This document shows positions 50,002-64,000 of a DNA stretch of 64,000 nt, piece by piece. Position 1 is the stretch's first letter; the number at the start of each line of letters is the position of its first letter. Source of the stretch: Neocallimastix sp. 'constans' (lineage: Eukaryota); contig JBODTK010000106.1 in assembly GCA_050613775.1 (NCBI GenBank), positions 434,001 to 498,000 of the forward strand, read 5' to 3'. Under the pieces are notes generated by a model. That model searched no databases. It saw only the letters and a program-made list of their open reading frames with translations, and was not told the DNA's origin. The position numbers and the translations under genes are program-made.

Positions 50002-51014
50002 TTTATAAATATTTAATATTTTTATAGTAAATATTAATTTATTATTTTTTTTATAAAATTGTTATTTATATATTAAAAATAATTTATATTGATATAATTT
50101 TTTTTTCAATTTTTCATTTTAAAAAAAAGTAAACTAATAAAAAAAATATATTTTAATTTTAAAAAAAATCATTTACTTTTATATAAAGAAAATACAATAG
50201 TTGATTATTATTAAAAATAGAAAGTTTTTAATAAAATACGGATTAATAATATTTTAATTAAAATTTTATATATTTTATTAGGTTTTTTTTATATATATAT
50301 ATAATATTTATTGTATAAATAAATAAAGTTAAAGTTCGCGATAATTGCGGCTGTAAAAAAAGAAAAAAAAAATATATAATATTTATAATTATTTACTGCA
50401 TTATCTATAAATTTAAAATAATTTCAAGTACAATTATTTTTATTTTTTATATATATCTTACTAATTTATACTTTTAAAATGTTTTATAATTAATTATCTA
50501 TATTTTTTTATAAAATATTCAAATTATATTTTTGGAAATAATTAAAATAATTTAATGAAATAAAAAAATAATTAATAGTAATTATAATAAATTATTTTTT
50601 TTTTAAAAAATGATAAAGACACAAATTTAATAAAAATTTTTTATAATTAAATTTAATTGTATTTCTTTTTTACAATTTTTTCATTTATTTATTTTTTGTT
50701 AATGATAAATTTATATTATATTTTTTTACCTTTAGAATTTTTTATAAAATAATTTAAACTATAAATATTTTTTTTATTTTTTTTTTGTTAAATTTATTAG
50801 ATAGCATTAAATACCATAGATCAATAATATTTTTATTCCAGATTCCAAAAAAAAATTTTTTTAACATAAATAATTAAAATAATTTAACTATCCTTAAAAT
50901 AATGCCTATATAAAAAATATTTAATTAAATAAATTAATAGTTTTATTTAATCTACTAATTTAAAATAATTTAATTATATAAAGAAATTTATTGAATTTAA
51001 ATTAAAAATTATCA

Positions 51015-51685
51015 ATATCAAGGATGAAAGTAATGCAGAGGCAGTGGCTAATTATTCATCAATTTACATAAAAAATATAATGCCAACCGTTATAAATTTT
51101 ATCAGTCAATATTTAAATGTTTTCTTACTAGATCATTATTACATTTCTATTTATGATTTAATAAAAGAAATACCAATATTAAATGAATCCATACTTGAAA
51201 AATTTATCGAAATTATTTCGAGTAACCATATTATTATGAATAATCGACTTACAAATTATTCTAAGTATTACCAGCCGCTCATTTAAATTTAATTAATAAT
51301 TATATGAAGGATAAAAACGACGTTGATGAAAATACCAATGATCCTATTCTAAATGAAAGAAATAATATTGGTCCCTTTGATTTTCCAAAAAATCTTATTA
51401 ATAATAGTAATAATGATCTTATGAAAAAATAAAAATAATTATCAAAAAATAAATGCATCGGATTTACGAAATCTTATTCAATTAAATGTAAAAAATAATA
51501 GTAAAGGTGATATTATAAACTTAAAAATAACTGAAATATTATAAATTGTTACTAATCATAGCATAGAAGATTACTGTGAAGAAAGGACAAAACAAGCATT
51601 TATTTTATATGACCTGTTATTGTCTTATCCTCTCTATATAAAGTTAATACGTAAAACCATTATTGAAAAGTGGAAAGCTAATTAA
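51015..51685 (+). pseudogene. Degenerate coding-like remnant of unknown origin
   Basis: Coding-like composition broken by several stops; no motif recognised. Confidence 0.25.
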
Positions 51686-51917
51686 ATTAATTGAGTATAA
51701 TCTTATTTTACCTATATAAATTAATGTAATTTAGGGTTAATTCTATTTAATTAATTTAATTTTAAATTAAATTTAATTCTTTAATAATAAAAATAAAAAT
51801 AAAAAAAAAAACTGTTTTAAAAAAGCTAATTATATATCTTTACAATTTAAATTTATAATAAAATATTTAAAATAGATAATGCATTGATTAAACAAATGTT
51901 AATAATACATATAATTT

Positions 51918-52035
51918 AAAATAAAATAGATTTTGTCCTTAAAAAAATAAATAAAATAGATTGTGTGCTTAAAGAAATAAATAAAATAGATTGAGTCCTT
52001 AAAATAAATAAATAAAATGGATTGTGTTATTAAAA
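51918..52035. repeat. ~30-bp tandem repeat, 4 units
   Basis: AAATAAAATAGATT(T/G)NGT(C/G)CTTAAA-like unit repeated. Confidence 0.7.
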
Positions 52036-52148
52036 AATATATATATACATATATATATTAATTAAATAATAATATTATTTATATGAATTTAATTATTCAA
52101 ATAAAATAATTTATGTCATTTCACCATTAATTAATGCATGAAACCATA

Positions 52149-53033
52149 GAGTGTGTGTCATTTCGCAAAAGTTTCATTTCGGAAAAGTTTCATTTCGCAA
52201 AATTTTAATAAATAGATAAATAAATAATAAAATAAATAAATAAATAATAAAAAAATAAAAAAAAATTATAAAATATAAAATATAAAATAAAAAATATAAA
52301 ATAAAAAAAAAAAAATATAAAAAATATAAAATAAAAAATATAAAATAAAATAAAAAAAAAGATAAAATATAAAAAAAAAAAAAAAAAAAAAAAATAAGAA
52401 AAAAAATATAAAAAAAAAATATAAAATATAAAATAAAAAAAAATAAAAATAAAAAAAAAATATAAAATAAAAAATATAAAATATAAAATATAAAATAAAA
52501 AATAAAAAAAAATATAAAATAAAAAATAAAAAAAAATAAAAAATAAAAAAAAATAAAAAATAAAAAATATAAAATATAGAAATATAAAATAAAAAATAAA
52601 AAATAAAAATATAAAATATAAAATATAGAAATATAAAATATGAAATATGAAATATGAAATATAAAATATGAAATATGAAATATGAAATATAAAATATAAA
52701 ATATAAAATAATAAATAAAAAAAAAAAATAAAAAAAAAAAAAAATATTTAATATAAAATATAGAAATATAAAATATAAAATATAGAAATATAAAATATAT
52801 AATAAAAAATAAAAAAAAAATAAAAAATAAAAAAAAATAAAAAATAAAAAAAATATAAAATATAAAATATAAAATATAAAATATAAAATATAAAATATAA
52901 AATATAAAATATAAAATATAAAATATAAAATATAAAATATAAAATATAAAATATAAAATAAAAAAAATAGATACCATCTAAAATCATCCTAACTTTGTGC
53001 TACTTTTAACTCCCTTTTTTTATGATGTCCTCA

Positions 53034-53067
<34 letters not shown>

Positions 53068-53652
53068 GAATTATTTATAAATATTTCTTTTATTAAAAAA
53101 ATTTATTAGTAATTTAAGATTTTTTTAAAATACTGCGCAAGGACTTAAAAGGTGTAAAATGATCAATTAATTATTTATATATTATTTTTTAATCTTTATA
53201 ATAAATATTTTTTAATTATTTTTAATTTTAATAGTTATATTTTAAATTATTATCCTTTACATCTTTTAAATTATTAATACTTATTTTTTTTATATATATA
53301 AAATTCTTATATATATTTTAAAAAATTATAAAACGTTTAAAACATATGATAAAATATTTTATTTTTTTAAAGCGTTAATTCTAATGAATATTTATTATTA
53401 TATAATGTATATTTATATTTATTATGTATATATATATATATTGTATATATATATATATTTTTTTTAAAAATTTAATTTTAAAATTTATTTATTTATTATA
53501 GTTTCATTTATTTATTTTCATTTATTTAGTTATTTATTTAAATTATATATAGTATTTATTTATTTTATTATTAATTTATTTATTTATTAAAAATTTTGCG
53601 AAATGAAACTTTTTATGTAAATTTTCCGAAATGAAATTTTTCGAAAATGCTC
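52149..53652. mobile_element. Non-autonomous Mutator-like (MULE) DNA transposon, 9-bp TSD
   Basis: GAAACCATA at 52140-52148 and 53653-53661. GAG...CTC termini. Subterminal inverted, iterated AGTTTCATTTCGCAAAATTTT / AAAATTTTGCGAAATGAAACT. Interior is A-rich low-complexity DNA. Confidence 0.8.
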
Positions 53653-53727
53653 GAAACCATATATATATATTATTTATAACTTAAATTTAAAACTAATATT
53701 TAAATTTCATTAAATTTTCAAAGAAAA

Positions 53728-53832
<105 letters not shown>

Positions 53833-53859
53833 GAATTAAAAATAAAATTTTAATTTTTA

Positions 53860-54450
53860 TTACGTTTACTTCTACATTTGATGGTATTTTTAACAAAAAC
53901 AATATCTACAAAATAATATATTTGGTAGTATAAATCTTAGCCTTGATTGATTTTCCTGCCATTTCTCTATCCCAGTAAAAGTTTACAATTAATTTTTCGA
54001 TGGAAATTTGTCTAATTTGTCTGCTAAAATTTTACTTTCTTTATCCCATACATAACTTCCATAATGTAATATATCTCTATATAAATCAGCGATAATACAT
54101 TTCGAGTTTTTTCATTTTTAAAAACATCTTGTCAGAGCAATTGCACATTTCTCCGAAAGAGGAGGAATGTTACGCTCATTAGAAATACAATAAAGGAATG
54201 TAAAGCTATTCCCATTAGAAAATCCTTCAATCCAGTATAATCCTGTACTTCTCGTTCTTTCTTTGTTAGATCTTGTTAAAGCACATAATACAATTCATCT
54301 GCAAAGAGATATCCACAACAACGTTTACTACTAATAGAGATTCCATATTTATCACATTCAATAAAAATATCATTAATTAATAAGTTAAATAAAATTGGTG
54401 AGAGGGGACAATCTTGACGAACACCTTTTTTAATATTAAATGACTCTAGT
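53860..54450 (-). mobile_element. Degenerate, internally deleted LINE RT fragment
   Basis: ESFNIKKGVRQDCPLSPILFNLLINDIF..RCCGYLFAD, then NIPPLSEKCA...KNSKCII, homologous to the 1471-aa ORF, with stops. Confidence 0.85.
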
Positions 54451-54563
54451 ACATCTGATATAGGTTATTCCTTTTCCATCAACTCTCAATAGATCTGGAA
54501 AAACAGTTCATAGTCATAAATTTGGTTGTTATTGATTATTATATGTCAATTTTATAATACTTA

Positions 54564-55048
54564 TTTTTTTTTTTTTTTAGACAGGGAAGAGAATACACTT
54601 CCATAAATTTATTAATTTTATTATAAAAAATACATGTAGGTGAAAAGTACATTATAAATTAAAAATAAAAAATAATAGTTAAAAATTAAAAAATAAAAAA
54701 AACTCAAAAATGCAATATATTTCGGCAAGATATATTATGTGGGAATTTTCCCTTCCTAATGAGTAAAAAAATAATAAAACCTAGAAGTAACATCTTTAAA
54801 ATAGATAGTGTGGTGTCCATTAAACTCTCCCCGGATTCTTCATTTATTGAACTACTAAGGTGAGATTTACCCTTCGTGGAAATAGATGATGATTTTGTAT
54901 TATCATTATGCCTTACAACGTCAACGCTATTGGTTAAGTTTGGTATTTTAGAATACCTATCAAATAATAGCTTAAACGAACTACTTATGATAAGTATTAC
55001 GCTAGTTAAGAATTCCGTCAAGCCCACAATTTTTGGAACAGATGACTC
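54564..55048 (-). mobile_element. 5'-truncated LINE 3' end with poly(A) and ~15-bp TSD
   Basis: T-tract 54564-54578 followed by AGAC, as at 14577. GLTEFLTSVI..SVDV is homologous to 14580-15113. ATTTTATAAT(A/G)CTTA at 54549-54563 and 55049-55063. Confidence 0.8.
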
Positions 55049-55740
55049 ATTTTATAATGCTTAAAATATTTATTTTTTTTTTACTTAATATAATGTTTGT
55101 AGAGACTAAACTAAATCTTTTATTCAATTCTATTATATTAAATTATATTATATTATTTGGAAAAGTAAAATAGAAATAATGGCATTTAGAATTTTTTTTA
55201 CAATAAAATCATCTTTATATGGATAAACATATTTATTAACTGTAAATAAAATTCAAAAGTATGTAGTATAATAACATAATAGAATATCAAGTAAAGTTTT
55301 CCGATTTTTAAAATTAAAAAAGACTATTGATAATATAATAATTATTACTTCCATTTTATACTATATTAGTGAAATTTTTTAAATAAACATTAAATTTAAT
55401 TTATAAAATAAAATAGTATATTTTTAAAACTTTTATTTAATATTATTTAAACTTTATAAAAAAATATTTTTTTATTACATACATATTTAATACATATTTT
55501 TAAAACACATCATTATTTTTTATTATTTTATTTAAATGCAATAAATATAATGCTAGTAAAAAATTAATTCATATCTTTTACAAAATTATTTAAATAAAAA
55601 ATCTAAACTATAATTTAATTATTTTATATATGTATCATTTTTTTATTAAATTTTTTTTTTTGCGTTTCTATTTATATATTATTACGATAATTATTCTTTA
55701 CTATCTTATAAAATTATATTAATTTTTGATTTGTGCGAAT

Positions 55741-57270
55741 TTAAGCCTTACTAGCCATCTTAGCATCCATTTCATCAATACTAAGACCCTTACATTCAAT
55801 AACATAAAATTGAGCGTAAACCCAGGCAAGAAGACAAGCGGCAGCGAAAAGAAGGAAAGTCTTAGTAGACCATGCTTTCATAAGAGCTGGACCAACAAAG
55901 GCAATAATCCAGTTGTTGAGGAAGTTAGAAACAGTACCGACAGCAGATCCCTTAACTCTGACACGAAGTGGGAAAACTTCAGCTTGGTAGACCCATGGAA
56001 CTGGACCCCAGGTCCAGGCGAAAGAGAAGACGAATAAAAAGACAGAAGCAACAGCAAGATATTGCCAGACTTTACCATTGTCAGTTTGAGTAGAGCAAGC
56101 CCAAGTAGAAATGTGGAAGACCATCATCATAAGAGATCCAATAACTAATAAAGTTTTACGACCTAATTTTTCAATACCCCACATACCTGGGAAAGTGGAA
56201 ATGAAGTTAACAAAGTTATTAATAATTGGAAGAACGACAGTAGACATGAACTTAGAGAAACCAATATCATCATAAATTTGAGATTGATAGTACATAATGA
56301 CATTAATACCAGTCCATTGTTGGAAAAGTTGCATTAAGAAAGTAATGAAAGTACGACGACGAATAACTGGACTGAAAAGTTCTCCGAAGGATGAAGAACC
56401 AGCAGCACGAGTAGCAGCAACATCTTCTTGAATAGCCTTAAGTTCATCTTGGACAACAGCGTCAGTAGTAGTAGCAGCATTAAGCTTAGCTAATACTTCG
56501 ACAGCTTCTTCATCACGATCTTTAGAACATAACCAACGTGGAGACTTTGGAAGGAAGCACATAAGAGTAGCAAGTCCAAGACCTGGAACAACTTGGAATA
56601 AAAGAGCAAATCTCCATTCAAAGTTTGGAACTTCGTCCCAAATGTGTTGGTTAGCTCTGGCTGCAGTATCACCTAAACCGGCTGGAGTAGAATTAGTATA
56701 GTACCAGACGATTGAGTTAATAATGGCAGCAACAATAATACCAAAAGTAGTCATAAGTTGGTAACAAGAAGAAAGAGTACCTCTAATCTTAGCAGGGGCA
56801 ACTTCAGAAATGTAAGTTGGACAAAGGACACCATTACAACCAATAGAAAGACCTGTAATAAGACGACCAACAGCAATCATAATCCATGAACGAATTGATA
56901 AACCTTGAATGATAGCACCACAGGTGAAAATACATGCTCCAATCATAATGGTTCTTTGACGTCCGAATTTCTCACCAAGGTAAGTAGCCATAAGAGCACC
57001 ACAAAGAGCACCAAGAACGAAACTAGAGGTAATAATACCTTCAAGAGTAGCCTTGTTGTTAGCTTCTTCTAACTTACGATACATCATTTTACTCTTATCA
57101 GTTGTATCCTTACCATTTTCATCAAGAGCATTTCCATTCCAACTATGGAATTTGAAGAAAATACGGAATGCATCCATGACAAGAACGACGTTCATTACAC
57201 CAACTTCATAACCGAAAAGAAGACCACCAAATGAGGCAGTAAGGGCTACTAAAAATTGAAAACTGTTCAT
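55741..57270 (-). CDS. MFS sugar porter family transporter, 509 aa, intronless
   Basis: FGGLLFGYE, KFGR, GR...G, YISEVAPAKIRG, PKSPRWL, QQWTGINVIMYY, EKLGRK, WGPVPWVY.AEVFPLRVR, ECKG.S..EMD. About 12 hydrophobic segments. Confidence 0.95.
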   Translation of the reverse strand: MNSFQFLVALTASFGGLLFGYEVGVMNVVLVMDAFRIFFKFHSWNGNALDENGKDTTDKSKMMYRKLEEANNKATLEGIITSSFVLGALCGALMATYLGEKFGRQRTIMIGACIFTCGAIIQGLSIRSWIMIAVGRLITGLSIGCNGVLCPTYISEVAPAKIRGTLSSCYQLMTTFGIIVAAIINSIVWYYTNSTPAGLGDTAARANQHIWDEVPNFEWRFALLFQVVPGLGLATLMCFLPKSPRWLCSKDRDEEAVEVLAKLNAATTTDAVVQDELKAIQEDVAATRAAGSSSFGELFSPVIRRRTFITFLMQLFQQWTGINVIMYYQSQIYDDIGFSKFMSTVVLPIINNFVNFISTFPGMWGIEKLGRKTLLVIGSLMMMVFHISTWACSTQTDNGKVWQYLAVASVFLFVFSFAWTWGPVPWVYQAEVFPLRVRVKGSAVGTVSNFLNNWIIAFVGPALMKAWSTKTFLLFAAACLLAWVYAQFYVIECKGLSIDEMDAKMASKA

Positions 57271-57483
57271 TTCTTAATTTTTTTTATTTTCTATTTCTAT
57301 AATTATTAATCCTTTTTAATTTTATTATTTACTATTTAGATAATAATTACTTAGTTTTTTTAAAAAATTTGAAGAAATTGATTTAGTATTTATAGGTAAT
57401 TGAAATTTTCTAATATTATCAATATTAATATTAAAATATTGTCATTGATATATAAAAATACTCATGAGTACTTTACTAAATTG

Positions 57484-57680
57484 TTTAATCCAATTAGATT
57501 TTTTTAATTTCTATTAAAATCTATTATAATACTTTCTATTTATTATATATATGATTTATTAATAAATTTTTAATATATTTTAATAAAACAATTTAATCCA
57601 ATTAGATTTTTTTAAATTTCTAAATAAAATTTTATATAATACTTTCTATTTATTATATTTATGATATATTAATAAATTAT
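57484..57680. repeat. ~110-bp tandem duplication upstream of the sugar porter
   Basis: TTTAATCCAATTAGATTTTTT...TATAATACTTTCTATTTATTATAT...ATTAATAAATT occurs twice. Confidence 0.8.
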
Positions 57681-58003
57681 ACTTTCAAATATATAACATT
57701 CTAGTTTTGTATTAAATATTTTATTGACGGCTATTCATTACAAGAATTACAAATAACATTAACGTTACACGATAATCTAATATATACACGATATTAAAAA
57801 TTATGATTTATTTAAAAATTTTTATTTTTAAAACTTTATTTTTAAATAGTATTTTTTTTTTCCTTATTTAATGAAAAATTTTAATTATAGGAGAAATTTA
57901 TTTTAATATAAATTTAAAGAAAAGATTTCATTGTATATTTTATTAAAGATTTTTGATATTAATATGGTTTTTTCAATAATAATAATATTCTTATATAATA
58001 ATA

Positions 58004-58218
58004 AATAATGTTTTTATTAATATTTGATATGATTTTTTAACTTCGAAAAAATATCAATTACTATAATAATGTTTTTTTTTAATATTTAATATTTTAATAT
58101 TTGATATGATTTTTTAACTTCGAAAAAATATCAATTACTATAATAATGTTTTTTTTAATATTTGATATTTTAATATTTGATATGATTTTTTAACTTCGAA
58201 AAAATATCAATTACTATA
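58004..58218. repeat. Three ~77-bp tandem repeats upstream of the sugar porter
   Basis: AATATTTGATATGATTTTTTAACTTCGAAAAAATATCAATTACTATA occurs three times (CTTCG at 58041, 58118, 58194). Confidence 0.9.
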
Positions 58219-58896
58219 TTATATATTTGAAATATAAAACAAATATTATCAGTAAATTAAAAATATGATTATAATTAATAAAATACTGAAACAAATGTTT
58301 TAATGACTTGAATATTAAAAATAAATTATTGTTTCAATTTAATAAATTAAATTTGATATTACTTAAAGATTTATAATATAATATATATAATCAGTAATTA
58401 AATTTTATAATAAAATATGAAAATATAAATTTTAATCAATTAAATAAAAGCATTAATAATCACGTGGAATAAATTTATGAATTATTAAATATATTTAATT
58501 GTTTATACTTTCTAAAATTTTTTATTATTATTTTTTTATTTCATTTTTTTTACAATATTTTATTAATTAAATTTTGTATTATTTTCCTAAAATTGTTAAA
58601 CAAAATATTTTTAATAGTTAATATCTATTATCTTACGAATACTAAAATAATTTATAATTAATAAAATAAATAAAAATATATATTTTTCATTATTATAGTT
58701 ATCCTTTGATTTTGTAATTTTTTTTTTTTACTTATCATTTAATAAAGAAATATATTATAATTAGTAATATTATTTAATAAAATAATAATATAAAAGAATA
58801 ATAATAATTAAACCTTCATTATTATTAATTATGAATTATACATATAATTTTTTCATATATTACTTTTTTATCATCAATATCAAAATTATATCATTC

Positions 58897-59226
58897 ATAG
58901 TATTTCATAGCTGTTTTGTTCATTGAATTAACTAAACTTGAAATTATTAATTAAATATACTGGTTTTTATGTTTATTTTTATCAAAAACTATGCTATATC
59001 ATCTATTGATTAAACTTTCAAAATTTTAGATATATATCAACAATATGGTTTTTATATCAAAAATATGCAAAAATGCTATGATTTTAAAACCCAGAAAACA
59101 CACAAAGAATCCGTTACGCAATACTGCTCACGGAAACAAGCGAGAAGATCGGTTACGGAACGCAGTGGAGCTGCATAGAGTTGTCGAGATTAGTTGGGAG
59201 TGAGCAGTATGTAGTAACCAAACAAT
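58897..59226 (+). mobile_element. Second, partial copy of the 28571-28899 palindromic element
   Basis: Collinear match over ~330 bp with scattered substitutions. Confidence 0.8.
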
Positions 59227-60169
59227 TTAAAATAATATATTTTTTTTTTTTTTAATTATTATTATTAAATAATTATCTTTTATATAATAAAATCATAATT
59301 ATTTTTAATCTTATTTTTACTATTATTATTTTTACTATTATTATTAATTAATATTTATTTATTATGTATCATTTTTAATTATTTATAAATATTCGATATT
59401 CATTAATATAACATATTATCATTATTTGTTATTTTTTTTATGTTTATAATATTATTTAATTACATATTTTTTATATTTTATTACAATTAATTGTTACAAC
59501 TTATTATTTATTACTATTAAATATTAATTATTTATTAGATTTATTTATTTTTAATAGTTTTTATATCTCATTAGTTTTAATTTACCATATAACAACTTTA
59601 TTGTTCATTTAATTATTTATATATTTAATTTTTTGTAAAAGCTTTTAATAATTACTTTATATAACTTATCTGTTGTCATAAAATTTTTTATTATTATTTT
59701 ATAAATCAAACATTTAGTTTTACTTATATTTACAAACTTAACCCTTAAACTTTAACAACCAATAAATTTACCAAAATTTAATTTATAATTTGAAAAGTAT
59801 ATTAAAGTATATTAATAATATGTCATAAATAATAAAAAGGAAATATTGTCTTAGAAATTAAAAAAAAAATATAATTGGATTTATTAAATAATTTAGTAAA
59901 AAACTTTCCACCTTTTTCTAGCAGCTTGTCCTCTTGACTAGACTCAGTTTCTATGTTATTGAATGCAAAGGTCATAGTATTGATGAAATGAATAACAAGT
60001 TTGTTAGTAGGGTTTAACTGATAAAACTTGTAAAGGAAAAATTTTGTAGAATTAAAAAATTACTTGAAACAAAAAAAAAAAAAAAAAAAAAATTATAAAA
60101 ATTTTGTTTAAAATAGAAATATTAAAATATTTTGTAAAAATAATTAAATATATTTAAAACAAAAAAATG

Positions 60170-60200
<31 letters not shown>

Positions 60201-60231
60201 GTTGTTGTTGTTATTATTATTATTATTATTA

Positions 60232-60269
<38 letters not shown>

Positions 60270-60270
60270 G

Positions 60271-60346
<76 letters not shown>

Positions 60347-61779
60347 AGTATCATTAAATTTAATTAAAAAAAAAAAAAAAAAAAAAGAATAAATTATGAT
60401 TGAATTTTGCTATTTTAAAATTTCTAAAGGTTATATATATAATATGTTAATTTTATAATTTGATGATTAATGTGTATGATTGACAAATATATAAAAATTA
60501 AAGTTTAAATTATCATTTATATAAATATTATAAAGATTTGCCAAATTAAATATATCTATTTTTATTTTATTAGAATCTGCAATAATACTTTTTTAATGGA
60601 TGAATGAAATAATGAAATATAATTTATAATTTAAAGTACATATACCACTTTCAATTGTTATAATTTAAATCAAAATATAAATTATATTATTTTTTAATAT
60701 ATTAATAACGATTAATAAATAATGAAATATATTATATATATCAATATTATATAAATATGAATAATTTATAATTGTAAATACAAGTATATAATGATTTTCA
60801 AATTAGAAATTTTAAAAGAATTATTTGTACTTCTTTATTTTTAAGTCAACACTTTTTATATTTAAGTTTATATTTTCCATTTATTGTGAAATTCATACTA
60901 ATTGTTATTTTTCCAAAGTCTAATATATTTAATTATTTAGAAAAGATTATAATCAAATAGTTTCATTTAAATAGTTATGTGTATCATATCAAAAATTATT
61001 TTAAAGCACTTTCTGGACCCTACAAATTATATATATTAAATATTCAAAGGATAAAAAAATATTTAAATTATACTTTTACTTTATAATAATATTAATAAAG
61101 TAATAATAGATGATATTTTTATTTATTAGCAATAATAATTTTAAAATTTTAAAATTTAAATATTTTAAAAGGCTTTTTAAAATTTAAATAATAAAATAGA
61201 TTAATTTTATATTTAACAAATATTTTTTATATTTGATTTAGTTATAAAATATTAAACTTTTTTAATAATTATTATATTCAATACACAATTACTAAAATTA
61301 ATTTATTAATATAAATTTTACCATTACTAATACTTTAAGTAGTATAAATACTTTTAAAAACTATTTTAATTAAATCTGTGTATTACAACATATTTTAATA
61401 TTTTATTTAAACAGACCTTTTGAATATTATTATAAATTCATTTTATATTAAACTTTATTTCCACAAAAAAAGTATAAATAAGGCTCTTTCCATTAATATA
61501 AAATTGGTTAGTGGGAAGAGAAGAGTTTTATTTTTTTTTAATTTATTTTATTAGAACTTGCTTTACTAAACGAAAATAATAAAATATTTGTTAATGTTAT
61601 TACTATGACATGACATAATTATTATAATAAAATAAAATAATTATTAAAAAAATGTTAAAGTTCAACATAATGTTTAAACTTTTTTACTTTAAAGTATTAT
61701 AAATATTTATAATATTTGATAAAGTAATAATTTATATGTAAAATATAAAAAGAAAATTTTTTTTATGAAATTAATATTT

Positions 61780-64000
<2,221 letters not shown>

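Noticed and set aside
52174..52987. 267-aa F/I/Y/L-rich membrane-like ORF
   Set aside because: Translation of the A/T satellite within the MULE-like element.
59905..60092. GC-richer patch followed by an A tract, possible retrocopy or ncRNA
   Set aside because: No TSD, second copy or recognisable motif in this window.

Overview
Extremely AT-rich, intron-rich eukaryotic DNA. Fungal-type (NCDD/CBM10-like) double dockerins, (AAT)n/poly-A tracts and the element types point to an anaerobic gut fungus (Neocallimastigomycota); this is an inference. Genes: (1) a minus-strand LRR gene running off the left edge, with sixteen 69-nt phase-2 exons (one LRR each) and one LRR exon swollen to 1761 nt by a low-complexity insert; (2) a P5B-type P-ATPase; (3) two paralogous signal peptide-CBM18-GH18-double dockerin chitinases; (4) an isolated 86-aa ORF with a PKI-like PKA pseudosubstrate (F at P-11, RRNAV) followed by a PKI-type nuclear export signal; (5) a Cys-rich single-pass membrane protein; (6) an intronless MFS sugar porter. 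Mobile DNA: an intact single-ORF LINE with poly(A) and a 13-bp TSD nested in an older LINE tail, further LINE fragments, a tRNA-headed oligo-T-ended SINE with a 14-bp TSD, a non-autonomous MULE-like element with a 9-bp TSD, Ty1/copia fragments and several palindromic small repeats. The strongest novelty candidates are the PKI-like microprotein, the one-repeat-per-exon LRR array and the structured SINE. All calls come from reading the sequence by eye; no searches were run.
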